From a virus (taxonomy: Duplodnaviria; Caudoviricetes): a stretch of DNA of 64,000 nucleotides. Within the stretch, counting starts at the first letter, position 1, and the number at the start of each line of letters is the position of its first letter. Shown piece after piece: positions 19,182-29,145 of the stretch. The stretch lies in the IMG/VR virus record IMGVR_UViG_3300021400_001366, positions 64,001-128,000 of that record, one strand, 5' to 3'. The position numbers were made by a program, and so were the translations under genes. The notes beneath the pieces were generated by a model. The model was not told where the DNA came from. It worked only from the letters and a program-made list of their open reading frames with translations, and ran no database searches.

Positions 19182-21860
19182 TTAGCTGATTGAGTTGTAT
19201 TGATTGATTACATACCTGTCCGTAACGAGGTTACTGTACTCTACGGGGACATTATTGCATCCAATCAATGTAACATCATACCCCTGCTTTGCCGAACTCC
19301 CATCAGTAACCATACGAATTTTGGGGATGTGGCAGTTACAAATCATTACCTCGTCTTTTCTGCCGTTTTGGTCGCTGGACGAAAACTGGATATACGGGTC
19401 CGCCTTATTCGACACGAATACACAGTTCGTCAGACTGAACCGTGAACGATCATTTACAGCAGCATAAGCGTCATGCGTAGACCAAATTCCGACAGAATTT
19501 TGTGATTCGACAATACACCTGTCAAACGTAACTTCCATCAGCTTATTGTGGCCCGCGCCGTATACATACGTCCCATACGTCCCCGGCAGGAGCGTGAACA
19601 CGCAGTCGATATAATGATGCTTGGAGCCGTTATAGTCGGCAATCCCGCTGGTTTCGTCATGTACGACATAGCGGCAATTCTGCGCTTGCACTTTGATATT
19701 CTTAATCGTACATGTGCCGCTGATATTCAGCGGAGAGAAAAGAAACGCTGTTTCGGAATTTATCATCTGTTCCGCGGTAGGCAACCATTTCAGCACAACA
19801 TTACCCAAGCCGATAATGGTTGTGTTCGGCGGTACAACATGGCACACATCCCGCCAGTTCAGCGACGAGGCTTGCGGAGAAATGGAGGCTATATAATCTG
19901 CCCCGCCCATTTCCGCGAAGATGTCATACTCGCCGGGATTTACATAGACGGTTTTCTCGCGTGTATCGTCAGACAAGGCTATCAGCATTGTCGTAAAAGT
20001 CGCGAAATCAGCGCTGCTACCGCCGACAGTATAAACTGTGGATTTAAGGTTCAGCCACTCGATATTAATATCCGATACAATCCAATACGCTTTAGCGAAC
20101 CCATAAAACTGATTAAGGATAGCGTAGTATTCATCGGCCAAGAAAGTTTCCGACCTTTGTGCAAGAGCTTGAAATGAAACCTTGCGCAGGAAATAACCAT
20201 CTTTTCCAAACACCCAAAACGCTATCGATGTGCTGTCAACATTTTCGTTCAGGCGCAGCCCGCTATAAATCAATGCCCCGCTTTGGTCGCGTATGGCGAC
20301 AGGCGGTGTATTATGAGCATAAGTCGATGTCGTGGCATAGTTCCTATAATTATCGATCGTAGCCGTTCCATCAAAACTGTATGACCCTTCCACCGTATCA
20401 AAGCTGTCAAACGCTTTGATGGTCTTGATTGCAATAGCATCCAATACCGGGATAGCGGTTTGTGTTTCGCTGCTTTCCGACGTATCAAACCGCGTTTTAA
20501 GATAGAGTTTGCCGTTTATGCTGCTATTCGGCCCGACATAAAAACGCAGATTACCGTCGTGCAACGTTGTAAATTCATACTTTCCCGCAGCCGTTATAAC
20601 GGCATATACGTCCGAACCATATCCGACAGTAAACACCGACGCACTGCCCGAACGAGTCTGTACATCCAAAATGCAATCGGTATTCGCAGGTATCGCATAT
20701 TCCAGCGTAGCGCTTTGCGTATAATCGAACGCCACTCCATTCAAAAAAGCATCAAATTCGGTTGCCGTTTGGTTTGTCTCTTGCTCGACAGCATCAATCC
20801 TGCTAGCATAGCCACTAACGGTTTGCGACAGGTCGGACACATCCTGAGTGATGCCATCAACAGTCGTTTCCAGCGCGGCAATCTGTGCCTCTGCAACAGC
20901 GTCATATGCGGTGATGTGCGGAGTGAAAGCTGTCTTTTCGGTGCCAATCTCCACTTGCATATTTTTGATGTGCAGGAGGTAGTTAAACGCCCTCGAATCA
21001 ACAATAGCCATGGATAAATGATCTATTGTTTTTGCAGCGGCAGTCGTGCCCTGTATGGCTGTAGGCGTTGCAATACTGGCGTTCATGACACAGATATTGG
21101 CCCCTGTAGAATCTGTATAATTTGCTTTTATGGCTATTGCATTATGCGTATAATCTCCAATATCGCTAATATAATAGTCAAATGATATTGTATACCGAGC
21201 GTTAGATTCAAACACACCATCGACAGGCAAAATCGACGAAAACGCATTATAGAACGCTCTAACAGTCCCGACATAATAACCATCTGTATCAAGTGTAATG
21301 GTATCAATATCAAAAGCACCGTTATCAAAGATATTGCGCGTTTTTTGCGTTATCTGGCTCTTTAAGTCAGTAACATCACCCTCGATCTCCGTAACGTCTG
21401 TGTTAATATTTGTTACATTAGTTTGTAGAGTTTCAATATCTTCCTCTGCCTTGGTAAGCCTTTCGTCAATCGAAGATAGATCGGTTAATGTAAACGAGAT
21501 ACTACCGCCAGCATGTGAACTTTTCCTGATGTGCGTAGCGTTCGCAGTCGCTTCCAGTTCAACAGTCTTTTCACCATTACCAAACGAACCAAAGTCGTCA
21601 ACTTTGCCAGATACTTGACCGTCATTGGTTGTGAAAAATTTCGGGAACGAAGTTATGTCTGAACCAACAACTGTCAACCTGTATTTGTGACCCGCAATAA
21701 AATTGAATGGGTAAGACGTTGCAGCCGTGGGCAAATCCGTCTGGTTAATAGAGTATTGCAGATTTGATTTTAACTCTTCTATATCCTCTCTAGCTTCTGC
21801 GTCTGTTATGATATATTTTACCTCACCAACAGCTAGAGATTTCATCGGTTTTTCTATCAT
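19182..21860 (-). CDS. Modular tail fibre/spike with putative carbohydrate-binding modules and C-terminal beta-helix (depolymerase-like)
   Basis: Coiled-coil linkers between beta-rich modules; YTVGG..ADF....VYVNPGEYDI pectin-lyase-like start. Confidence 0.7.
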   Translation of the reverse strand: MIEKPMKSLAVGEVKYIITDAEAREDIEELKSNLQYSINQTDLPTAATSYPFNFIAGHKYRLTVVGSDITSFPKFFTTNDGQVSGKVDDFGSFGNGEKTVELEATANATHIRKSSHAGGSISFTLTDLSSIDERLTKAEEDIETLQTNVTNINTDVTEIEGDVTDLKSQITQKTRNIFDNGAFDIDTITLDTDGYYVGTVRAFYNAFSSILPVDGVFESNARYTISFDYYISDIGDYTHNAIAIKANYTDSTGANICVMNASIATPTAIQGTTAAAKTIDHLSMAIVDSRAFNYLLHIKNMQVEIGTEKTAFTPHITAYDAVAEAQIAALETTVDGITQDVSDLSQTVSGYASRIDAVEQETNQTATEFDAFLNGVAFDYTQSATLEYAIPANTDCILDVQTRSGSASVFTVGYGSDVYAVITAAGKYEFTTLHDGNLRFYVGPNSSINGKLYLKTRFDTSESSETQTAIPVLDAIAIKTIKAFDSFDTVEGSYSFDGTATIDNYRNYATTSTYAHNTPPVAIRDQSGALIYSGLRLNENVDSTSIAFWVFGKDGYFLRKVSFQALAQRSETFLADEYYAILNQFYGFAKAYWIVSDINIEWLNLKSTVYTVGGSSADFATFTTMLIALSDDTREKTVYVNPGEYDIFAEMGGADYIASISPQASSLNWRDVCHVVPPNTTIIGLGNVVLKWLPTAEQMINSETAFLFSPLNISGTCTIKNIKVQAQNCRYVVHDETSGIADYNGSKHHYIDCVFTLLPGTYGTYVYGAGHNKLMEVTFDRCIVESQNSVGIWSTHDAYAAVNDRSRFSLTNCVFVSNKADPYIQFSSSDQNGRKDEVMICNCHIPKIRMVTDGSSAKQGYDVTLIGCNNVPVEYSNLVTDRYVINQYNSIS

Positions 21861-21873
21861 TATTTATCCTCCT

Positions 21874-22095
21874 TTAGCCGCCAAGAATTACGTTGCCGTT
21901 GCCATCATCCGACGCAGAAATGTTTGTCGAATAAGGGAAAACGAAATTCAGAATCGCGTCATTATCAGTTCCAACATTCTCAACGGCTAGCGCTCCCTTT
22001 GTGACAGTGCCAACCCTTATCGTTGCAGCGTCGCCTTTGTCGCCCTTGTTCTTGAGAATCTTTTCTAGCAACGCGCCATAGGTTTCAATATCCAT
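21874..22095 (-). CDS. Small fibre-collar-like structural protein
   Basis: KGDKGDAATIRVGTVT..VENVGT..AILNF.FP; C-terminal DDGNGNV. Confidence 0.6.
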   Translation of the reverse strand: MDIETYGALLEKILKNKGDKGDAATIRVGTVTKGALAVENVGTDNDAILNFVFPYSTNISASDDGNGNVILGG

Positions 22096-22295
22096 TACGC
22101 TTCACCGACTTTCTTCCAAACTCCATGTTGATCTAAGCGATATAACAGTTGAAGATCAGCAGTTGAAGCGGAACTGCCAGGAGCATCAGTAGTTGGCAAA
22201 GTCGCAGTATCAGAAACATCATCGATCATGTATTCCTTGTGCGCTTCGCCAAAGTTCTCGCCTATGCCGCCAATTTTAATTAACGTCCATGACAT
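22095..22295 (-). CDS. Small putative virion accessory protein
   Basis: D.SD...LPT..APGS.A.....Y.L...G.WKK. Confidence 0.6.
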   Translation of the reverse strand: MSWTLIKIGGIGENFGEAHKEYMIDDVSDTATLPTTDAPGSSASTADLQLLYRLDQHGVWKKVGEA

Positions 22296-23147
22296 TTATC
22301 CCACCGCCTTATTAGTAAAAGTCATTGTCACATTGCCGTTATCATCATCAGTCAGAATAACATAATACGGAAGCTCAACGTCGCCAGGCTGGAATGAATC
22401 CAAATCTGCAATCTCAACCATATCAATCATATTGCCTTTGCGATCAGGCATCACCGTGAATGTCAGCGTTATTTCAGCAGGATCACCCTCAGAAGAGAAT
22501 GACACTTCAATATTCCTGTTCAAGATTGCGCGATAAACCACAATCAGAAACGGAGTGAAGTCGCCATCTTCACCTTTGTTAATGGTTGACATGGTGAACT
22601 TGTATTCAGTCATCGGAGCCTTGTTGTTAAACGCGAATGTTGAAGCCTTTGTATTCCTTGTCACTACGAAACCAATTTCATACTTGTGACCAACCAGAAA
22701 ATTGCCGCTAACCTCATCGTCTGCAAAAGTACACGGAATAAGAGAATCCGCATCGCCAAACGAACCTTCTGGGTAAGCAAATACTGTTCCCGCTTTAATT
22801 TCAGCGCCAGTAGACACACTCAGGGGGACTTTACCATCTTCGACACAGGCAACAACAGCAGTTGAAGCATAAATTGCGCTAGACTTTTTCACGTTGCCTG
22901 AGATCAACTCATAGAGTTTGCTAGGGTAAACCTGCGCGGTAATAGTAACAGTTCCATCAAGCGGGTTCGCAAACTGAATACGCCTTGTGCTTTTCGCCAT
23001 AGCGTATACGCTGTCTGATTCAATACCGACAGACGTAGTGTTTGCGGTTTCAAAATACATAAACGGCTTGCCAGAAGCGCGATAGCGAATGTCAACATCG
23101 CAAACTTGTCTGTTAGCTCGTTTTCTGTAGGACATTCCTACGCTCAT
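22296..23147 (-). CDS. Second tail-tube-protein paralogue with C-terminal extension
   Basis: Aligns end to end with 51129..51881 (ANRQVCDVDIR, TANTT, DSVYAMAK, SFSSEGDPA). Confidence 0.85.
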   Translation of the reverse strand: MSVGMSYRKRANRQVCDVDIRYRASGKPFMYFETANTTSVGIESDSVYAMAKSTRRIQFANPLDGTVTITAQVYPSKLYELISGNVKKSSAIYASTAVVACVEDGKVPLSVSTGAEIKAGTVFAYPEGSFGDADSLIPCTFADDEVSGNFLVGHKYEIGFVVTRNTKASTFAFNNKAPMTEYKFTMSTINKGEDGDFTPFLIVVYRAILNRNIEVSFSSEGDPAEITLTFTVMPDRKGNMIDMVEIADLDSFQPGDVELPYYVILTDDDNGNVTMTFTNKAVG

Positions 23148-23185
23148 ACTTTTTCACATCCTTTTCGTTATAAACATAATCTCTC

Positions 23186-23524
23186 TTATGGTTCAGCGGC
23201 ATCCTCTTGATCGTTAGTAACGAAATCACACTTCACAATCATGAAACTAAGCGTATCGGTTGTTCCCACAACTTCCTCGCCAGTGCCATATAGAGTTAAA
23301 TTGCATATGCCACATGTTATCTCCGCTGGAAGTGTAACCGTCTTATCATCGTCCAGTTCAACGTTGTAGTGATTGCCGCCTTGCCTGAATTGCGCGATTA
23401 CGTTCATACCGTACCAATCGTCTGGAAGCAAGAATGTAAACTTGACGAAGTTCCTTGATTGGTCAACAATATAAATTGTATCTGAAGTAAGATGCTGACC
23501 TTCAATAGTAACTGTTATATTCAC
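23186..23524 (-). CDS. BppU-N-like baseplate adaptor protein
   Basis: F.F.LPDDW.G..V.AQF.Q; similar to N-terminus of 23525..25705. Confidence 0.6.
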   Translation of the reverse strand: MNITVTIEGQHLTSDTIYIVDQSRNFVKFTFLLPDDWYGMNVIAQFRQGGNHYNVELDDDKTVTLPAEITCGICNLTLYGTGEEVVGTTDTLSFMIVKCDFVTNDQEDAAEP

Positions 23525-25705
23525 CTAATCGCCTCCTGTCTGGTATGGGAAAGAGCGTGTGACCTGCCGCGTTTCCAAAGTGCTTGTAAAGTCAAAATCA
23601 CCTTCAGTATATGGTACGTCGATATTATCCATAGCTGGCGCTCCAACTCTTACACAAGTAATCGTTATATTGCGGGCATTGCCGCTAATCACGCGCTTAA
23701 CAGCCACGACATCAAATGCCTGTTCAGTTATAGTGCCAACTCTACGATACTGCCTAATATATGGTTCTGTATTCCCGTATGCGCCACACTTGTCACATGT
23801 AGTCGTAATAATGGGTGTACCGCCAACCGTATGATAAATAGCGTCAGCATGATTATGACCTTGAAATACAGCCAGAACTTTTCCGTTGCGATCAGTGTTT
23901 GAATTTAATGTGTCTATGGCTGTTGCATACTCAGAGCCTTGACCGATAAAGGTAATGACGCTGGTTTGTTCGTCTTTTGATGACATACCCATAAAATGTG
24001 TGAATACAATAGCATCCCAATCTTGCGGCATATTTAGCGCTTCATTGACGAACCAATCCAGTTCAGATGCATCATAATCAAACTCATCACCAGCATGGAA
24101 AGCATTGAGAATAATATATCTGATTTTCTGCTGCATATTATCAACATAGTAGTAATGACGATCAGGATTACCTATCTGGTCGTTATTATATGAATCCATC
24201 AGATAGTATAAATTGGAAGCCGTGCCATCTGCGAACCATTCATGATTCCCTATCACATGGTAGATTTTGTGCGGGAACACTCTCCTTAAACCATCGCAAA
24301 ATTCTTCGTTATATCCGTCGCCTGTATCACCGCCACTAAACAATCTTGGTATGTGGCAATTGCAATTGATATAATTAATCAGCTGTAAACTAAGCTGCCT
24401 ATTTGAACTCCAATGCACGTCGGTGATAAATATGAAAACGTCGGACGCTTCTTTACCATACTCATTTATTGCCCTGGCCTTATTCTGTAGGTAATTGTTT
24501 GCAAAATAATAATCAGGCAGAGAGTATGAGAAGTTCATAGTATTTACAACGGCATCCCTTAAATCATCAGACAAGGTAACGCCGGTAGGTCTGCCCTTTG
24601 TAATTGTAACATTTTCAAATGTCACATCACCAAAGATCAATCCGCTACCACGGGCTGGGTATAAGTAGAACTCTATCTTATTAACACCGCCACTTATGTC
24701 ACTCTGTAGGATGTTGACAATATTTGAATATATGGTTCTAACTAACGTGCTTCCGTTATACAGATAGATTGTGAATGGCGATGAATCAGGATTATTCTTT
24801 ATGATCTTTGCTTGTACCGTATAAATGTCTCCAAGCGAAATTGTGCCGTTATATGTGTATAATAGCCTGGAAGCATATCCTTGTGAACTGGCCGTGTTTA
24901 CAGTTTCTAGGTTGCTACTGAACAATATGTTAGAGTAATCCAGATATTTGAAAGTATATAGATCATAACTAACTGTAACTGTTTCACTGTTTCTGCAAGA
25001 CAACCTGAAATATTTTGCGCCATCTGGAACGTTTATTACACCTTCGGCAGTAAACTTATCCAAAAATACTTCATGCTCATCATAGAAAACATTATAATCC
25101 TTATTATCGGGAGCAGTAGATGTTACGCTGATAGTGGTATTACTGCCGATCTCAACAAAATCAGTGTACTTCCAAGAACTATATGCTACAATAGAACCAT
25201 TCGTGTTATCGATATATCCACCGGAAGTCCAAGAAAGTGAATAGCTTTCAATACTCTTATCTGCCAATTGGTTCATAGCGGATTCTTGAATAATCCTTGC
25301 GTCGCTCATAGCGGTTTCCGCTGCGGATAGAAGCTGTTCAACCAAGGTTGGCGTTACGGTTCCAGTATTGGCTATATCATCACTCCAAGCACCGTTCATT
25401 ATTGTATAACTAACAGTGTTTGAAGTTATGCGGGAATTACCTTTAATGCCGAAAACACCAAAGTATATCTTGCCTTTGTCGGCCAGAACTTCAGCGGGAA
25501 TAACGGCATACCCGTTTGTTAATTGAACAGAATAAGGCGTGTCTGTATCATATCCCCAAAATAGGGCAGTGCATGTATACCCAGTCCAATTATTGTCAAA
25601 AGTGAAATGTATTCTATCAACTTGAATGTTGTCAGATGTCATCATGTGACCCGGAAATGGCAACACAAGCCGATGTCCTTGAACACTCACCTCTAAATCA
25701 TACAT
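23525..25705 (-). CDS. Virion-associated protein: BppU-N-like anchor, binding modules and calcineurin-like metallophosphoesterase
   Basis: TDVH, GGD, GNHE, FTH, GHNH motifs in C-terminal half. Confidence 0.8.
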   Translation of the reverse strand: MYDLEVSVQGHRLVLPFPGHMMTSDNIQVDRIHFTFDNNWTGYTCTALFWGYDTDTPYSVQLTNGYAVIPAEVLADKGKIYFGVFGIKGNSRITSNTVSYTIMNGAWSDDIANTGTVTPTLVEQLLSAAETAMSDARIIQESAMNQLADKSIESYSLSWTSGGYIDNTNGSIVAYSSWKYTDFVEIGSNTTISVTSTAPDNKDYNVFYDEHEVFLDKFTAEGVINVPDGAKYFRLSCRNSETVTVSYDLYTFKYLDYSNILFSSNLETVNTASSQGYASRLLYTYNGTISLGDIYTVQAKIIKNNPDSSPFTIYLYNGSTLVRTIYSNIVNILQSDISGGVNKIEFYLYPARGSGLIFGDVTFENVTITKGRPTGVTLSDDLRDAVVNTMNFSYSLPDYYFANNYLQNKARAINEYGKEASDVFIFITDVHWSSNRQLSLQLINYINCNCHIPRLFSGGDTGDGYNEEFCDGLRRVFPHKIYHVIGNHEWFADGTASNLYYLMDSYNNDQIGNPDRHYYYVDNMQQKIRYIILNAFHAGDEFDYDASELDWFVNEALNMPQDWDAIVFTHFMGMSSKDEQTSVITFIGQGSEYATAIDTLNSNTDRNGKVLAVFQGHNHADAIYHTVGGTPIITTTCDKCGAYGNTEPYIRQYRRVGTITEQAFDVVAVKRVISGNARNITITCVRVGAPAMDNIDVPYTEGDFDFTSTLETRQVTRSFPYQTGGD

Positions 25706-25719
25706 TCTTTAACACCACC

Positions 25720-26178
25720 TCAATCATCCAGACTACCGACCTTTGGCAGTTCTTCGACTTGAGTAACCAGCCGCTTCACATAGCCGTTGCCGTGGAATAT
25801 GTCGGTATATTCCTGAAACATTTCTTCAAGCGATTTGAGTTTGCCTATCTGAATCTCGCCAGCCTTTAATGCTTCATAGCAGGTATCAACAATGGTGTGA
25901 CGAATCTGCTTGAGGTTGACACCCTTCTGTTCTTCTAGGCACTCATTGATATGTTGCAACGACGCATTAATTTGAGTTAACGTTTCATCGTGCGCCCTCA
26001 ATAACTCCGATTGTTTCTCATTATCTTCTTTCAATTTATTATATTTGGCGAACACCTCATAGAGTTTGGTTATGCCTTTGATAATCACTGTTAGGATTGC
26101 GATTATGACGATAGCCCAAGCTATGAGGGTTCCTATTTTTATGTCTGCAAGCGTTGACCAGACCGAATTTGTGTCCAT
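25720..26178 (-). CDS. Membrane protein (holin/lysis accessory)
   Basis: N-terminal TM, coiled coil, EY...HGNGYV..L motif. Confidence 0.6.
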   Translation of the reverse strand: MDTNSVWSTLADIKIGTLIAWAIVIIAILTVIIKGITKLYEVFAKYNKLKEDNEKQSELLRAHDETLTQINASLQHINECLEEQKGVNLKQIRHTIVDTCYEALKAGEIQIGKLKSLEEMFQEYTDIFHGNGYVKRLVTQVEELPKVGSLDD

Positions 26179-26201
26179 GCTGTTTCATCCTCTCTATTGA
26201 A

Positions 26202-26226
26202 GGGGGAGTCATGTTAGGACTCCCCC
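26202..26226. repeat. GGGGAGTC-N7-GACTCCCC palindrome, copy 1
   Basis: gggggagtc-atgttag-gactccccc. Confidence 0.85.
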
Positions 26227-26238
26227 ATATGTATTAAC

Positions 26239-26376
26239 TCAAGCCCAGAACAAAAAATATTGCTTGGCGGCTTTTTTTACTTCTGAGTAAGTTCCTTTTG
26301 CTCGGTCAGAACTAGCGCTTGCAGGATCGCAAACACGTATATACTTTCCATCGTCAGCCCACAAGCAGCAGAAATG
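26239..26376 (-). CDS. Peptidoglycan-binding/C39-like peptidase, exon 2 (HFCCLW..CDPAS..FWA)
   Basis: Supplies catalytic His and Asp after splicing; not in ORF track. Confidence 0.85.
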   Translation of the reverse strand, partial: HFCCLWADDGKYIRVCDPASASSDRAKGTYSEVKKAAKQYFLFWA

Positions 26377-26620
26377 CGTTAATCCTTCATGTTTCCATGA
26401 GGCCAGACTATATCTTCATCTGATAATATCAGAGCGCGGCGCTTCCAAAGCAGGAGTTTCACCTGCAATGTACTTCCTCTCGGAATAGTCGTTACACCTT
26501 CCTTCGTTAAAAGGCTCGGCACGGTATGGGCATGTGTTTCCATTTAGCTTCCACCGTTAGCCACTCAATGAGTGACACCCGACACGTATCGGTTCACCGC
26601 GTTAGGAGGCCATTACGCCA
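26377..26620 (-). ncRNA. Group I intron (244 nt, ORF-less) in the C39-like lysin
   Basis: P1 ggaggt|..gcctcc with U.G; CTAACGGTG/CATACCGTG core, AACGACTA, AAGATATAGTCT; terminal G. Confidence 0.9.
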
Positions 26621-27409
26621 ACCTCCCTTTGTCCACTTGCTAGGTCTGAATGAAACAACAACTAAACCGCCTGTTGCCAGACAGTTACGCATGGCTTCAA
26701 ATGAATCTGTTTGAATAAACTTACTTGCATGATAATAATTGGCTATAGCCCTAAAAAATCCCCAAGCTGTCCCTGAGTTCTCCGTCCGATAACCATGCTT
26801 CACTGAATAATCGGCTAGAATAATCGGTGTTACTTTCTTATCCCAGAACTCATATACAACATCTGCCATAGCTGTGGGGCCACAACCAGAATTTCTAATA
26901 GTCTGCTTTTTGTTATAAGTGCCGTTCTTTGTATACACATGTGATGCGTAGGGTTCACTGTATTGCTTAAAATTTTTGCAACTCTTCCTCTGGGTAGGAT
27001 TTGTTGGCATACTAGGTGCAACCGTTCCCGCACTCAACCCAAACAGAGCACTCCAAGTCTTTTTCCCTACAACACCGTCAACTTCCAAATCCTTAGAAGC
27101 CTGATACGTCTTAACATGCGCGATCTCATCAGACGTATAAACGCCATCTGGCTTCATGGTAGTAATCAGCACTTCCAGTGCATTGACATATATTCCAGTA
27201 GAACCGAACCTCAATGTAGGCGCATTATCCACAATCTTCTGATATGTATTCCTGCCAACGATACCATCAGCATCCAGCCCATATCTTTTCTGGTAATTCA
27301 TTACGGCCGTTTCAGTTTTCGCGCCAAATATCCCATCGGCAGCAGCACCAACGATATACTGTACGGCCTTAACCATGTCGCCACGACTACCACGTTTTAA
27401 CATAATCAT
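26621..27409 (-). CDS. Peptidoglycan-binding/C39-like peptidase, exon 1 (spliced protein 308 aa)
   Basis: Two PG_binding_1-like repeats (DGIFG.KT..AV..YQ..GL.ADGIVG); SGCGPT catalytic Cys; ends WTKGG. Confidence 0.88.
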
Positions 27410-27411
27410 AG

Positions 27412-27519
27412 TTAGACCTCCTTACCGTTGATAACAACTACTTCTCGCGGCTTATCTGCATTTTGAGGTTCAGTAGCAATCCCCTTAATCTTCTCAATCA
27501 AAGCGTCGATCACTTTCAT
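27412..27519 (-). CDS. 35-aa hypothetical protein
   Basis: AGGAGG RBS; fills the gap exactly. Confidence 0.5.
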   Translation of the reverse strand: MKVIDALIEKIKGIATEPQNADKPREVVVINGKEV

Positions 27520-27566
27520 TGGTTTATCCTCCTAACAAAAACAAGACCGCCGCTATGACGATCTTG

Positions 27567-27917
27567 TTACTCTTTTCGTAGTTTTGTTATTGCACGATAT
27601 GCTCTACGCGCAGAATTGTGTACGCGCGTTTTCAAATCCTTCCCGCTGTTTATTGTTACTATTCTTCCAGTTTTCTTCTCTTTGAACTCATATGTAAGTT
27701 TGCGCATCGTGAGGCTTACCTTAACTAATTCCATCTGCAAGGTTCTGTATTCGCCTTTGACCTTGCACACGACATAATACTTTTGCCCCACCTGCAATTC
27801 ATCTTCCGCTTCCTCGTTAATGATCTTCAAGACTTCGGTCAGCGCTGCGAAATAGCCAGGTTCACCCTCGTCATATCTTATCAGGTCATTAATTCTCTCT
27901 ATAACTCTATCTATCAT
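27567..27917 (-). CDS. Hypothetical protein
   Basis: GAGG RBS before ATG 27917. Confidence 0.6.
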   Translation of the reverse strand: MIDRVIERINDLIRYDEGEPGYFAALTEVLKIINEEAEDELQVGQKYYVVCKVKGEYRTLQMELVKVSLTMRKLTYEFKEKKTGRIVTINSGKDLKTRVHNSARRAYRAITKLRKE

Positions 27918-27918
27918 C

Positions 27919-28380
27919 TTAAAACCTCTTGAAGAAAACCATGTATACGTTTTGCCAATTACCATCGCATGTATAACACGCGAAATCAGCATAATCAATG
28001 TCAGACAGCTTTTCACCGTCTGCCGTATACAAATTACTTCCATCGTTTCTTCCGTTAGTTGTTTTTACGCATTTGAATACCTCTACTCCATTTTCGCTGA
28101 TAATATAGCAGAAACAGCCAACCTCACAATTCTTAATGTCTATGAATCCTTGGTTGTAATGATCTGCTATAAACCCGCAGCCACCCTTATGAGAAATGCG
28201 GTAAGCCGCGCTATCCCATGCATCAACATAACCCTGTGCTTTATGATCGCCGTTGACGGTTTCATAAAGCTGGACGCTAATGCCGACAGATGGGATGTAC
28301 AGCCTACCGTATGCACCAGGAGATAAATTGGCATAATGGATAATCAGAGCCATAAACAGAGCTATGATTTTCCTAAACAT
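27919..28380 (-). CDS. Sortase-fold-like exported protein
   Basis: N-terminal signal/TM; GRLYIPSVGI, IADH, CYTC resemble sortase motifs. Confidence 0.55.
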   Translation of the reverse strand: MFRKIIALFMALIIHYANLSPGAYGRLYIPSVGISVQLYETVNGDHKAQGYVDAWDSAAYRISHKGGCGFIADHYNQGFIDIKNCEVGCFCYIISENGVEVFKCVKTTNGRNDGSNLYTADGEKLSDIDYADFACYTCDGNWQNVYMVFFKRF

Positions 28381-28382
28381 AG

Positions 28383-28769
28383 CTATTCAACCTTGTTATC
28401 TTTCACGATAACGCGCAGAGTCTTGAGCGAGTTATTAATCTCGGCGTCAATCCATTCAATGAGTTGGTCTTGATCTACAACCCTACTAAGAATTGGATAT
28501 TGGGCATAAATCTTGGCGATAACCTGCGAACGCTTGATTTCGCCAGCCTTGTTCCAATTTTCAAAGTCAATCTCGGCTTCAGTAATCATCTTTAGCATAC
28601 CTTGCTTGATTTGAACTTTTGCTATTTCAATTTTCTCATCTGTAGTCTTTGAAAGGTAATCCGCGATCTTTTTGTACAACCCAATGGCCAGACCCAACAG
28701 CACAAGGATGCTTGTCCAGTTATCATTAATGAAGGTCAAGAAACGATTTAAGCCATCTAAAATACTCAT
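28383..28769 (-). CDS. Holin-like protein
   Basis: Single N-terminal TM, AE......G.IKRSQV pattern. Confidence 0.6.
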   Translation of the reverse strand: MSILDGLNRFLTFINDNWTSILVLLGLAIGLYKKIADYLSKTTDEKIEIAKVQIKQGMLKMITEAEIDFENWNKAGEIKRSQVIAKIYAQYPILSRVVDQDQLIEWIDAEINNSLKTLRVIVKDNKVE

Positions 28770-28770
28770 T

Positions 28771-29145
28771 TTATCTCATTTCCTCTTCTAGTTCATCTTC
28801 GTCTATGACCGTTTCTTCCCGCAAGAATTTCATCTTTTCTTCCTGCTTCTTGCCGTGGTAGGCTTTCAGGCAGTAAATCGCATACGTCAAAATCTGTGCG
28901 CAAATATCCGTAATGAGTACACCTAAATAGCTGAGATCGGAGAAGTGCCACATCGCAATCATGGAATACAAGATAATGATGTTCAGCAGCGCGAACAGGT
29001 AAATAGCAATTAGCTTGCTTGTTTCGATATGCTTGCGCGGTTTGTATCTTGCTTCTTTCAGCATTTGCGCTTTAAGTATCTGGTCGTTGCGAAATTCTAT
29101 GCGTTTGAGCTGTTCATAGTATTGTTCGTCTGAAACGTATTTCAT
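28771..29145 (-). CDS. Two-TM membrane protein (lysis cassette)
   Basis: Two hydrophobic helices; Y.LKA..KK. Confidence 0.6.
   Translation of the reverse strand: MKYVSDEQYYEQLKRIEFRNDQILKAQMLKEARYKPRKHIETSKLIAIYLFALLNIIILYSMIAMWHFSDLSYLGVLITDICAQILTYAIYCLKAYHGKKQEEKMKFLREETVIDEDELEEEMR

Noticed and set aside
19200-21618. Several long + strand ORFs
   Set aside because: Antisense shadows of the 892-aa spike gene
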